From positions 64,001-128,000 of the forward strand of contig JAHQJS010000007.1 in NCBI GenBank assembly GCA_019057385.1: 64,000 bases of DNA, in the 5' to 3' direction. Shown here piece by piece: positions 28,778-38,970 of the stretch (positions are counted from its first letter, which is position 1; each line of letters starts with the position of its first letter). The notes beneath the pieces are model-generated. The model made no database searches and was not told where the DNA came from. It saw only the letters and a program-made list of their open reading frames with translations. The stretch comes from Candidatus Borrarchaeum weybense (GTDB taxonomy: Archaea > Asgardarchaeota > Sifarchaeia > Borrarchaeales > Borrarchaeaceae). Both the position numbers and the translations under genes were made by a program.

Positions 28778-30087
28778 TATGGTTCCTTCTCTTGTTTGAC
28801 CTGAAGTCTAAACCACTCAATACCGTCTTTTATGATATCGGCCATAATTTTTTGATTTCCGACAACAATATGTAGATATTTCAGGGGTTCAGGGGTCTCT
28901 TTTTTTGCTTTTTCTAAATAGACACGTGCATTCGGTAAATCTGTTCCGACCATTCGCCCGTACACAGGAACCATTCGTTGTTCAGCTGCAAATCTGTCAC
29001 GAAGTGCTTTAATCAGACCACGTATGAAAATATCACAACTGCTGATTCCACCGAAACGTGAAGTAATAATTAAGTCAGGAACAGGATGATCCATAAGCAG
29101 ATGAAACATTTTTGCAACTGTAGAAAGTCTTGGACCACCACCTGAATCCATGAAGTTAATAGGTACTACTCTTCCATCAAAGTATTTTTTTCCTACATTT
29201 ACAACTTCATCAATGGAAAAGATCCCATATCCCGCCCCTCCAGGAACTAATCCAACATATAATTTTTCTGGATCTTTTTCAAACTTTTCAGGTTCGGGAA
29301 GAAGATCTAAATAACCAATAATCCCTGCTTTATGTGCACGTGCTTCAAATCTTGTTTGTTCAGCAACATCGTGTCTTTTACTTTCAGGATCAATTCCAAG
29401 CCTAGAAAGCAAGACACTTTGGCGATACAAGGCATTATCATCCAATACAATTTTTGCATCCACAGCAATTAGTTTTGAATCATCTGAAACGATTAAGGGA
29501 TTTATTTCACAAACTTTCGTATCATATTTCTGAAAAGTAGTATATAGGTTTGAAATAACCGATTGTAGTTTCTCCTTAACGTTATTTAATTGCGGAAATT
29601 GAGAAATAAGAAACGCAGTGGCATCAATTACAATATTTTCAGGAAGAAAAACAGGATTATCTGGTAAAGATTTTTTCCATATGGCATCTGGATTACTTTT
29701 GGCAACCTCCTCAATATCTATTCCCCCTAAAGCCGAGGTTATTAGAACAACATCAAAAGAAATAGGATCTGTAGTAACGCCTAAGTAAATCTCTCCTTGA
29801 ATATCAATCGCTTCTTCAAGCAAAACCTTATTAACAGGATATCCATGGATTTTAAGTCTTAGGAGATCATTAACTGCAATTTTTGCTTCATTCAAATCAT
29901 TGATTTTCTTGATGCCTCCAGCTTTGCCCCTCCCTCCTATTAATGCCATAGCTTTGCCCATTATTGGAAAATTAAGCTGACTAATTTTTTCAACTTCTTC
30001 CGGAGATTGAATTGTTCCGAATTGACGTGGGATTGGTATATCTTCATGTTCAAATATTTTTTTGGCTTCATATTCGTACAGGCGCAA
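28777..30087 (-). CDS. ATP-grasp CoA ligase beta subunit (SucC/AclB-like)
   Basis: MRLYEYEAK, GGRGKAGGI, GGIDIEE, EINPL, DAK..LDDNA; stop overlaps the partner's start. Confidence 0.88.
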   Translation of the reverse strand: MRLYEYEAKKIFEHEDIPIPRQFGTIQSPEEVEKISQLNFPIMGKAMALIGGRGKAGGIKKINDLNEAKIAVNDLLRLKIHGYPVNKVLLEEAIDIQGEIYLGVTTDPISFDVVLITSALGGIDIEEVAKSNPDAIWKKSLPDNPVFLPENIVIDATAFLISQFPQLNNVKEKLQSVISNLYTTFQKYDTKVCEINPLIVSDDSKLIAVDAKIVLDDNALYRQSVLLSRLGIDPESKRHDVAEQTRFEARAHKAGIIGYLDLLPEPEKFEKDPEKLYVGLVPGGAGYGIFSIDEVVNVGKKYFDGRVVPINFMDSGGGPRLSTVAKMFHLLMDHPVPDLIITSRFGGISSCDIFIRGLIKALRDRFAAEQRMVPVYGRMVGTDLPNARVYLEKAKKETPEPLKYLHIVVGNQKIMADIIKDGIEWFRLQVKQEKEP

Positions 30088-30248
30088 AAACGCTCCCCCT
30101 AAAAATCATGTGGAGCCTAACTCAACTAAAATTTAGTATACTCTTCTCTAATTAATAACTGTTTAGTTTTTAATGGATTTCCGAAGTTCTAAGACCGAAT
30201 TACGAAGTTTCAAGTGCGATTTAAACATTAGAATGATATCAATGATCA

Positions 30249-31382
30249 TTATGACTTCTCAATCCTACTACAAATAGCATCTGCCATTCCCGTCGTTGAA
30301 GTGTTTCCTCCCATATCATACGTTCTTGCGTTTCCTTCTTTAATCACTTCTGCGACTGCCTGCTCAACTTGTTGAGCCATTTCCTTTTCATTCAACCAGT
30401 CAAGCATCATTTTTGCAGCTAAAATTGTAGCAATGGGATTTACTTTGTTTTGACCGACATATTTAGGTGCTGAACCATGAGTAGGCTCAAAAACAGCCAT
30501 GTTATCTCCTATATTTCCTGAACGGGCAAATCCTAATCCGCCAACCAATTGCGCTGCTTCGTCAGAAATGATGTCTCCAAACATATTGGAGGTGACCAGC
30601 AAACCATAATCCTGAGGATTTTTTATCAACCACATTGCCATTGCGTCAATATTAGTTTCCCACAATTCAAGAGAAGGATAATTTTTAATTAGTGTACGTG
30701 CTTCCCGAACCATCAATCCGCTGGTTTCACGTATGACATTTGGCTTTTCAACAACTGTAACTGTCTTATAGCCAAATTCATTTGCATATTCCATACTAGC
30801 TTTCAATATCCGTTTAACACCCTTTCGTGTAAAAATTCGTGTTGAGATAGCCAAATCTTCTAATGCAAAATCCCCAAATCTTTTAGCTCTTGGATGATTT
30901 TCTATAAACGCTTTCATAACAGCTTCTGGCACTGGATGCCATTCAACGCCAGAATACAGCCCCTCAGTGTTTTCACGAAAAACTACCAAATCGATATCAT
31001 CACGATAATTTAGAGGATTTCCAAGATAGGCTTTGCACGGACGTAAATTAATATAAAGATCAAACAATTGACGTAATTTAACAATGGGGCTAAAATAGAT
31101 CAAACCTTTGTTTTTAAATCTAGGATCGAGTTCTGCATCCGCTTCTTCCTTGGGTTTTGAAGTAATGGCTCCAAATAGAGCACAATTAGATTCTTTGAGA
31201 AGGTCAATTGTTCTATCAGGTAAAGGATTTCCCTCAGTCTTCCAAAATTCCCAACCAATATCCCCGTATAGATATTCAACTTGATTACTAAACCCTACAG
31301 TATCAAGGACTTTAATTGCAGCATCTACAACATCAACACCAATTCCATCCCCAGGAAGTACACAGATTTTATAATTAGACAT
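30249..31382 (-). CDS. Isocitrate/isopropylmalate dehydrogenase family protein
   Basis: PGDGIG, RENTEG, NMFGDIISD, FEPTHGSAP. Confidence 0.93.
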   Translation of the reverse strand: MSNYKICVLPGDGIGVDVVDAAIKVLDTVGFSNQVEYLYGDIGWEFWKTEGNPLPDRTIDLLKESNCALFGAITSKPKEEADAELDPRFKNKGLIYFSPIVKLRQLFDLYINLRPCKAYLGNPLNYRDDIDLVVFRENTEGLYSGVEWHPVPEAVMKAFIENHPRAKRFGDFALEDLAISTRIFTRKGVKRILKASMEYANEFGYKTVTVVEKPNVIRETSGLMVREARTLIKNYPSLELWETNIDAMAMWLIKNPQDYGLLVTSNMFGDIISDEAAQLVGGLGFARSGNIGDNMAVFEPTHGSAPKYVGQNKVNPIATILAAKMMLDWLNEKEMAQQVEQAVAEVIKEGNARTYDMGGNTSTTGMADAICSRIEKS

Positions 31383-31495
31383 AACGTTACACCATTTTCT
31401 GAGTTTTGTGAAGTTTTATTTATTGGAAATAAGATACAACTTGAATAGATTTTTGAATTTATATGAATAGAAGATAATTTATAAGTCTTAAAAAA

Positions 31496-32986
31496 TTGTC
31501 CTTTTATGGGGGCTTTTATTTGATTAATTTGACGAAAAATGAAGAACAACTTGAAAGAACCATACAAAGATGTAGAGAACGCAAGATAATAATCCCGACC
31601 TTCGCTCAGTTGAAGAATCCCGAAACTACTCCTCAAAAAATAAAAGAAGAGTTGAAAGCTCTCGAACTCTGGGAGATTGCTCCTCAGAATCTCTTTCGAA
31701 TCACGTGGAAAAACGAACCAGTTGACACAGGTGGACTCTTTCAATCTCTTCCAAACTACATAGAGTTACCCCCAGAACTTACGGGCGTGGAATCCCGGAT
31801 TATTGCATTGATTGGTAAATGGTTCCCTACTGGAGCACACAAAGTTGGAGCAACATTCGGCTGTCTTGTTCCTCCTCTAGTTACAGGACAATTCGATCCT
31901 ACGAAACATAAAGCTGTCTGGCCCAGTACAGGCAACTACTGTAGGGGTGGTGCTTACGATGCAACGTTGCTGGCATGTGAAAGCATTGCCATTCTGCCAG
32001 AAGAGATGTCTCAAGAACGCTTTGACTGGCTCAGTACTGTAGCTGGAGAGATTATCAAAACTCCAGGCGGCGAGAGCAATATCAAGGAGATCTATGACAA
32101 AGTATGGGAGCTTCGTCGCACGAGAGATGATATTTTTGTGTTCAATCAGTTTAGTGAGTTTGGTAACTATTTGTTTCATTACGATGTTACAGGCAATGCC
32201 ATGAGTGAAGTGTTAGACAAGGAACTCGGAAACGACAAATACAGAGGTGTGTGTTTAACGACAGGATCTGCCGGCACGATCGCCTGTGGTGACTTCATGA
32301 AGCAACAATACCCGAGCTCAAAAATTGCTGCTGGAGAGGCGGTTCAATGTCCAACCCTTTGGCTAAACGGATACGGTGCACATCGAATTGAGGGGATTGG
32401 AGATAAGCATGTCCCATGGATCCATAATGTCCGTAATACTGACATGATTATTGCAATCGATGACAACGATGTCATGAATCTCATGCGCCTCTTCAATGAA
32501 CCCGCTGGTCAAAATTATCTAATTAACGATGTTGGTGTTTCTGAGGAACTAGTTTCAAAACTTGACTTATTAGGGATATCCAGCATCGCAAACGTGCTCA
32601 TGTCTATCAAACTCGCGAAATACTATGAACTGACTAGCAATGATGTCATATTAACCGTATTTACAGATAGCATGGAGATGTACGAATCGCGTTTGAGAGA
32701 AGCCCAAGAAGCGTTCGGAGAATATACGGAAAAGGATGCAATAAAGGATTACCACCGTTATATGTTAGGACAAAAAACAGATGCATTTATTGAACTTTCT
32801 CACTACGAAAGGAAGCGAATTCATCATTTGAAGTATTTCACATGGATAGAACAGCAAATGTTCGACGTTGATGAGTTGAACCGGCAATGGTACTATTACG
32901 AGGATTATTGGGGCGATATCCAAAAGGTGACGCCCAGGATTGATGAGTTGATCATAGAATTTAATGATCGGGTAGGCTTGCTGTAA
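31496..32986 (+). CDS. PLP-dependent enzyme (fold type II, cysteine/threonine synthase-like)
   Basis: PTGAHKVG, STGNY, TGSAGT, HRIEGIG. Confidence 0.85.
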   Translation: MSFYGGFYLINLTKNEEQLERTIQRCRERKIIIPTFAQLKNPETTPQKIKEELKALELWEIAPQNLFRITWKNEPVDTGGLFQSLPNYIELPPELTGVESRIIALIGKWFPTGAHKVGATFGCLVPPLVTGQFDPTKHKAVWPSTGNYCRGGAYDATLLACESIAILPEEMSQERFDWLSTVAGEIIKTPGGESNIKEIYDKVWELRRTRDDIFVFNQFSEFGNYLFHYDVTGNAMSEVLDKELGNDKYRGVCLTTGSAGTIACGDFMKQQYPSSKIAAGEAVQCPTLWLNGYGAHRIEGIGDKHVPWIHNVRNTDMIIAIDDNDVMNLMRLFNEPAGQNYLINDVGVSEELVSKLDLLGISSIANVLMSIKLAKYYELTSNDVILTVFTDSMEMYESRLREAQEAFGEYTEKDAIKDYHRYMLGQKTDAFIELSHYERKRIHHLKYFTWIEQQMFDVDELNRQWYYYEDYWGDIQKVTPRIDELIIEFNDRVGLL

Positions 32987-32987
32987 C

Positions 32988-33018
32988 ATCCTCTCCGTCT
33001 TTCAGACGGGACTCTCGC
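32988..33018. terminator. GC hairpin between convergent genes (terminator or IS605-end remnant)
   Basis: CCGTCT-TTC-AGACGG stem right after the stop. Confidence 0.35.
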
Positions 33019-33058
33019 CGAAAAAATTAAATTAAGAATTAGATTTTCTATACCTCTA

Positions 33059-33793
33059 TTATTTTTCTTGCAGGAGATAACTTAAAGCAAGATACCAAAA
33101 TGCGGTAAGCCACGTTAAAAAGAGTGCGAACCCCGCATAATTGTGCGTCCAAAACATCAGTTCAGTTCCATAAAATATCCCGACCAAACAAACAATAATA
33201 ACTCGAATATAATTTGTTACTAATGTTCCAGCTATTCCAATGAGCGAACTGATTGCAATTTTTCTTCTCGGGACGGTATATCCCTCTCTTAAGAGTATTA
33301 CAATAAAACAGCAGACGAAAATGAGAAAAGAATGAACACCTCCGCACCTTGCATCAATATATACAGAAGAAACCTTCGATGCAGCGGGAAATATAATTAG
33401 GTTTCCTTGATGAGTTGCAAGAATTCCTAAACCATTCAATGCCAATACTGTGACAAGTACCGTAAGATCTGTCATTATATTCGCTAAAGGTGTCTGCAAA
33501 ATATATATATCGAGCTGAGTTGTCAAGAAAATCCAAAAAATAAATATTCCCGCAATAAACGGAATAATAAGCTTCCTTAGTATCTGAAATTTTTCGGATT
33601 CTTGTATGAACAAGAAGGTACCTCCGCCGAAGGAGAGTAATCCCAAGGGAGGCAAGAAAAAGAGTCTTGTAGACTCAAAAAGCAAATACAGGATGAATGC
33701 GACACTCCAAAGCACCGAACCCATTAATATTTTTAGTTTTGAATAATTCATTGCAAAATCGCTTAACTGTATTGATATTTCCTGATTTATCAT
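33059..33793 (-). CDS. Archaeosortase/exosortase family protein
   Basis: Multi-TM with triad motifs CGGVHS, NYIRV, THNYAG. Confidence 0.9.
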   Translation of the reverse strand: MINQEISIQLSDFAMNYSKLKILMGSVLWSVAFILYLLFESTRLFFLPPLGLLSFGGGTFLFIQESEKFQILRKLIIPFIAGIFIFWIFLTTQLDIYILQTPLANIMTDLTVLVTVLALNGLGILATHQGNLIIFPAASKVSSVYIDARCGGVHSFLIFVCCFIVILLREGYTVPRRKIAISSLIGIAGTLVTNYIRVIIVCLVGIFYGTELMFWTHNYAGFALFLTWLTAFWYLALSYLLQEK

Positions 33794-33872
33794 TTTCTGA
33801 AAAAGATTTTGAATCTAAAATATAAATAAAATCGAATCACTAAAAGACAATTTGATTTGATTAGAGGATCTA

Positions 33873-35060
33873 TTGGGAGAATCGAACTTGACATGGATTG
33901 AAGAAACATTTTCTACGATTCTGAATATCCTGTTTAGAGGCCATTATTCTGTATTTTACGTAATTTTTGCACTGATATTCTTTAGTTTGCCATTTCTCTA
34001 TTTTATACTTCATAACTTGGATATACGTATTCCATTAACCCTTCCTGAAACAATAAAGCTGAGATATCTCTTTTTTGCACATATCATCCTCTCACTGCTT
34101 ATTCTTATCCCTATAAATGCTCATGGCCCGCCATTTGATCTATCTAAATACTATTTTTTAGCGAATATACCGCGAGACGCAGATATATTGTATCGATGGA
34201 TTACAGGCTCTGCAGCTACCTTTGCAGTTCGCATAGAACCACTTCCTTATGTCTTCTTACTCTCATTAATCTGGCTGGGATTCCCAATATATCTTTTGTT
34301 TCTGATACCTATTGTCTTCAGTGCAATAAACCTTCTGCTCGTATATAAATTATTAGAGATCACTTTTGATGAAATAATGGGTTTCTGGGGTGCATTCTTG
34401 TACATGTTTTCTCCAGTTATTTTGAGAATTGAAGTCGATTTGATACGAAATATGATGGGATTTACCTTCGGTCTCTTGATTTTTTATTCATGGAAAAAAC
34501 AAAAATTTCTTACGCCTCTCTTTATGATTTTGCTGATGGGAACTCATTTAATAACTGCACTACCCTTTTTCATTGCGTTTATTTGTTTAGTGTACAAGGA
34601 GAAAGATCTTCTCGGATTCATATTTGTTGGAATTGTGGCTCTTATTGGAATTCTCGCTTCGCTTCCATTTATTTTTTACATCCTCGTTTATTTCACGATA
34701 GTGCATCCTTATTTTCTACCCTCACAAACTCTTTCAAGTCATATTGTGAACGTTCTGTATGAAATCTATAGGATTATTCCATTTATTGGCGTTTTAGGTG
34801 TTTATTTTCTTTGTAACCACAAGAAGCATGACCTTCAATGGGACAGTTATTTGGGTTTCTGTTTAGTTATGACGTGCGCGGGATTTGTTTTTCTAAGCCT
34901 GCATGTAAGTAGATGGGGCTGGCTAATGGTTATACCTCTCATCTTTCTGGTTTCTAAAAATCTGAATTCCGCAGATAATGATAGAGATCTTCTTTTTCTT
35001 TTTCAAATCATAAATTATAGCTTATTTGCGTGCCTCTTATTGATTAAGACGTTCCTATAG
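33873..35060 (+). CDS. Polytopic membrane protein, possible GT-C glycosyltransferase
   Basis: Many TM helices, GPPFD..KY loop, glycan-gene context. Confidence 0.55.
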   Translation: MGESNLTWIEETFSTILNILFRGHYSVFYVIFALIFFSLPFLYFILHNLDIRIPLTLPETIKLRYLFFAHIILSLLILIPINAHGPPFDLSKYYFLANIPRDADILYRWITGSAATFAVRIEPLPYVFLLSLIWLGFPIYLLFLIPIVFSAINLLLVYKLLEITFDEIMGFWGAFLYMFSPVILRIEVDLIRNMMGFTFGLLIFYSWKKQKFLTPLFMILLMGTHLITALPFFIAFICLVYKEKDLLGFIFVGIVALIGILASLPFIFYILVYFTIVHPYFLPSQTLSSHIVNVLYEIYRIIPFIGVLGVYFLCNHKKHDLQWDSYLGFCLVMTCAGFVFLSLHVSRWGWLMVIPLIFLVSKNLNSADNDRDLLFLFQIINYSLFACLLLIKTFL

Positions 35061-35138
35061 GTCATTATAGCGCTAAAAACCTGAAGATGCTCCCAAGTCA
35101 TCTTTTTGTGTCTATAAAAAAGAAAAAATAAAAATGAA

Positions 35139-36299
35139 TTATTTTCTTTTGCGTTTCTTCGCTAGTACCGTTGTAACAGGGACAGCCACTCCCATGGTCA
35201 GCATCAGCATTGTTAAAAATCCAAGAGAGCCGATTTGAAACTCTGGGACGCTCACTCGCGTCCAATCAATACCATCATCTGAGATAGCATAGCCGATTCT
35301 ATTTGTAGAAGAAGAATCTACTCCTGTGTACCACATCTTGTAGGTTCCCCCGTCATTAATGACGCATGGTGCTAGCACTTCAATCTCATCAAAATCTCCT
35401 GCTTGTCCTGATTCACTAAAGACAGGACCGAGGTTTTTGAACCAAGATACCCCATCATTACAACCAGCACGTCCAATCTTATAAGTGTTTGAATCGTTAC
35501 CGCCTGAATACCACATTCTGTAGTCAGCATATTCAGCTACTTTAATTACACATGGACTGAATACATTAGTGTCATCCCATGAGTCTCCACCCGTTCCATC
35601 CATGACAGGATTTGCAGAATTCTTTGTCCAACTTTCGCCATCAGACGACCATGCATGCCCAATTGCTAAATTACTGCTGCCATCATTTCCAGTATACCAC
35701 ATTTCAAAGTAGTCTGTTTCATTTTTAATAACAGTACAGTGAAAAACATCGTGTACATCGAAACCAGCACCAAGATCCAATACTGACTGAGCTGTTTCAG
35801 ATCCATCGAATTTGGTCCAACTTATGCCATCTGAAGAAGTTGCGTAGCCGATTCTCCATACTGGGCCGGTTTGTGAGCCACTATACCACATCTTATACGT
35901 TGATCCGTCTTTAATCACCCAAGGACTCATTACATTATCTTCATCGAATCTACCACTACTGCCTGCAGTGAGGACTGGATTTCCCGAATATTTTTCCCAT
36001 AAGATCCCGTCATTTGATGTAGCATACCCAATTTGATAATTACTACCATTATGTCCACTATACCACATTTTGTAGAGTCCCCCGTCTTTAATGATACAGG
36101 CACGATCCACTCGTGTATCATCCCACGTTCCACTTGCACCGATATCTAAGACAGGTTCGGTATCTGCTAATACTGGCGCTGTATACCCCGCAACTAATAG
36201 AAATGATAGTACTACTGCAGCTATCCCTACTAATATCCCTCTTTTTGGAGTTTTTATGTACATTTTGATTTCTCCTTTGAACTTTTTCTCTCCCGTCAT
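35139..36299 (-). CDS. PEF-CTERM surface protein with five-bladed beta-propeller glycosidase-like repeats (start probably near 36263)
   Basis: Five (W/F)D...V..P.VIK....YKMWY.G.....IGYA.S.DG..W repeats; C-terminal VPEF-TM-KKRKRK. Confidence 0.88.
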   Translation of the reverse strand: MTGEKKFKGEIKMYIKTPKRGILVGIAAVVLSFLLVAGYTAPVLADTEPVLDIGASGTWDDTRVDRACIIKDGGLYKMWYSGHNGSNYQIGYATSNDGILWEKYSGNPVLTAGSSGRFDEDNVMSPWVIKDGSTYKMWYSGSQTGPVWRIGYATSSDGISWTKFDGSETAQSVLDLGAGFDVHDVFHCTVIKNETDYFEMWYTGNDGSSNLAIGHAWSSDGESWTKNSANPVMDGTGGDSWDDTNVFSPCVIKVAEYADYRMWYSGGNDSNTYKIGRAGCNDGVSWFKNLGPVFSESGQAGDFDEIEVLAPCVINDGGTYKMWYTGVDSSSTNRIGYAISDDGIDWTRVSVPEFQIGSLGFLTMLMLTMGVAVPVTTVLAKKRKRK

Positions 36300-36536
36300 T
36301 ACTTGCTGTATAGAAAAAGTAGTCCCGCTTTATGTTGATATGAATTATAAATTGTTTTCTACGGTTCGTATTTTAATACAAAAATACACTAATCAACAAT
36401 TGCTTTGTGAGTGAATTTCAGTTCAACTATTATGATCAGAGGTCTGCTGTACACAGTGATATATAATTTAATTTTTCTTATGAATTTCATTAAAAGAATC
36501 AGTTTTTAATTTGAACAATTCACTAAATGAAGACAC

Positions 36537-37409
36537 ATGGAAGAAACGGAAACTGAGAAAGTTTTTTCTCTACGGGTAGATATAGATACGATACATGACT
36601 TGACAAAAGGTGTGCCGACGCTTTTAGAACTATTTGAAAAATATGCTATAAGAGTAACCTTTTTTGTGACAATGGGACCAGATACCTCTGGAAAGAATTT
36701 TTTTAGGATTTGGAATAAAAGAACACACTTTTTGCACATAAATCCACTCAAAAAATATGGATTGAAAAATTTATTATATGGCATATTATTGCCTTCGCCA
36801 AAAATTGGCGAAGGACATCCAAAATTGCTTAAGAATATCATAGCAAGAGGACATGAATTAGGAATTCACGATTATGATCACTATCTATGGGCAAATCATT
36901 TAGAAGAAATGACTTTGGAAGAAATTGAGACGATTTTCTCTCGCAGTTATAATGCATATAAACGAATTTTTGGGACGCCACCCAAAGGTTCTGCTGCACC
37001 AAGTTTCAAATGGACAGTAAAAAGTCTGAAGATATTGGATAAATACAAGTTGTTGTATGCTAGTGACATGAAAGGAAAGAAACCATTCATACCTGCATTT
37101 GATAATGTTTTATTTAGGACATTACAGATTCCCATCAATACTCCGCTCATAGAGGACTTGGTGGTGAGAGGAAAATCAGATCTTGAAATTTTGAAGTTTT
37201 TAAAGAAGAAATTGCTCGATAATGTAGAAAAGTATAATTTCTCAGCAATGTATATTCATCCAAGTTATGAAGGAATCCACAAAGTGCATATATTACGTGA
37301 TTTTCTACAATTCGTAATCTCTCAGAATCTCTCAATTTCCAGATTTTGTGAAGTCGCAAAAGTGTGGAAAAAGAGTAATGCATTGAAAGAGCATTTCATC
37401 AATCTCTAA
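36537..37409 (+). CDS. Polysaccharide deacetylase (ArnD-like)
   Basis: LRVDIDT, TFFVTMGPD, GHELGIH.YDH..W. Confidence 0.88.
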   Translation: MEETETEKVFSLRVDIDTIHDLTKGVPTLLELFEKYAIRVTFFVTMGPDTSGKNFFRIWNKRTHFLHINPLKKYGLKNLLYGILLPSPKIGEGHPKLLKNIIARGHELGIHDYDHYLWANHLEEMTLEEIETIFSRSYNAYKRIFGTPPKGSAAPSFKWTVKSLKILDKYKLLYASDMKGKKPFIPAFDNVLFRTLQIPINTPLIEDLVVRGKSDLEILKFLKKKLLDNVEKYNFSAMYIHPSYEGIHKVHILRDFLQFVISQNLSISRFCEVAKVWKKSNALKEHFINL

Positions 37410-37425
37410 GCGACGTAATGCTAAA

Positions 37426-38670
37426 GTGAATGGTGGTCTTAATACGATAAAACCTTTGAATATTTTGATGATTTATGAACTAGGCCCCGTGGGGAGGAAC
37501 TTTTCTGGAGGGATAGAAGCCCATATTATGAATCTCGCTGAAAACTTGGCCCATATGGGGCATACAATTCTATTCCTTACTGGTGCAATCCCAGGCGCAA
37601 AAAAAACGTATTGCAAAAATAGGATAAAATTTAAGCGAGTAGATTGGTTAGGACTGGTTTCTACAGCTTGGAATCCATACAAGTTGACTGTAAGACGACA
37701 ATTTTTTTTCTTTCTTGCCGCTTTAAAAGAATCACTTCGCATAAGACGTGAAAAATTCGATGTCGTTCATGGACATATTTATATGTCAGGTCTATTAGCG
37801 TATCTCTTTGGAAAAATCACGAAGATTCCTAGTATTAACACCATACACGGATCGTATTATGACGTCTGGGACTTTATTGAAAAAAATTCCTTCAAGTCAA
37901 AGTTTTTTAGAATAATGGAAAAACTATTGAGTTCATTCTTAGCACGACATTGTTCGTATCAGATTCATACAGATACAGCCTTTGCGAAAAAAGTCAAGCG
38001 TTGGACAGGAAATCACAAAAAAATTAAAACGATTCTTAATGGCGTTAATATAACGCGATTTTCACCCAATATTGAACCAATGGAAAAGTTAAAGGGTGGA
38101 AGTCCCGTCATAATGACGGTAAGGCGATTAGTACCAAAAAATGGGGTTCGTTTCCTTCTTGAAGCAGTTCCTTTTATTCTTAAAACTAACGATGTAAAAA
38201 TTGTTATCATAGGTGATGGTCCAGAACGAGAACAACTTGTCAAACTTTCTTCTGAACTCAAGATATCAAAGAATGTTATTTTTGTTGGTGGGATCCCTAA
38301 CTATCGCGTACCAAGCTATCTTTCGGCAGCAGATGTTGTTGTTGTTCCAAGCATTGTAGAAGCTTCTAGCATTAGTGTATTGGAAGCTATGGCGATGGCG
38401 CAACCAATTATAGCTGCGAATATCCCCGGTATAACTGATGTTACAAGCAATGGTCTAACCAGTTATTTAGTTTCATCAGGCTCTCCAAATGAAATTGCCA
38501 AAGCTGTTTTATTTTTACTTGATAATCCTTCATATGGTAAGAAACTCGGTAAAACTGCTCGAAATGTAGTAGAAAAACAGCACTCATGGACTAACATCGC
38601 AAAAGAAATAGCGGTGTTATATAAGAGCGCAATTTTAGAACAGAAATCTCAAAACAGTGAATACCTTTAA
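37426..38670 (+). CDS. Glycosyltransferase family 4
   Basis: GGIE, DVVHGH, NGV, RRLVPKNG, EASSISVLEAMA. Confidence 0.92.
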   Translation: MNGGLNTIKPLNILMIYELGPVGRNFSGGIEAHIMNLAENLAHMGHTILFLTGAIPGAKKTYCKNRIKFKRVDWLGLVSTAWNPYKLTVRRQFFFFLAALKESLRIRREKFDVVHGHIYMSGLLAYLFGKITKIPSINTIHGSYYDVWDFIEKNSFKSKFFRIMEKLLSSFLARHCSYQIHTDTAFAKKVKRWTGNHKKIKTILNGVNITRFSPNIEPMEKLKGGSPVIMTVRRLVPKNGVRFLLEAVPFILKTNDVKIVIIGDGPEREQLVKLSSELKISKNVIFVGGIPNYRVPSYLSAADVVVVPSIVEASSISVLEAMAMAQPIIAANIPGITDVTSNGLTSYLVSSGSPNEIAKAVLFLLDNPSYGKKLGKTARNVVEKQHSWTNIAKEIAVLYKSAILEQKSQNSEYL

Positions 38671-38970
38671 TAACATGTCTGTTTTAACTTCAATTGCATC
38701 GAATTGCATGGTTTTTAGGATATTTTCTATTAGAACCATAATCTTAGGACTGCAGAATTATAGGGGTGAATATACTCGTCTAAAATAGTATTAATTTATA
38801 CTTAAATAATGTGCTGGTCGTTCTGAATCCACTTAATACTTTAAAACGGCGTAGAAGTTGTCCTAAAATTATTTATCGCGCAATATACTTACAAATTGAA
38901 AGCATATCTATATATAATCGCCCTATTTATACTCTCTTTCAATTTATGCAATTTTTAGGAGCGAATATTT

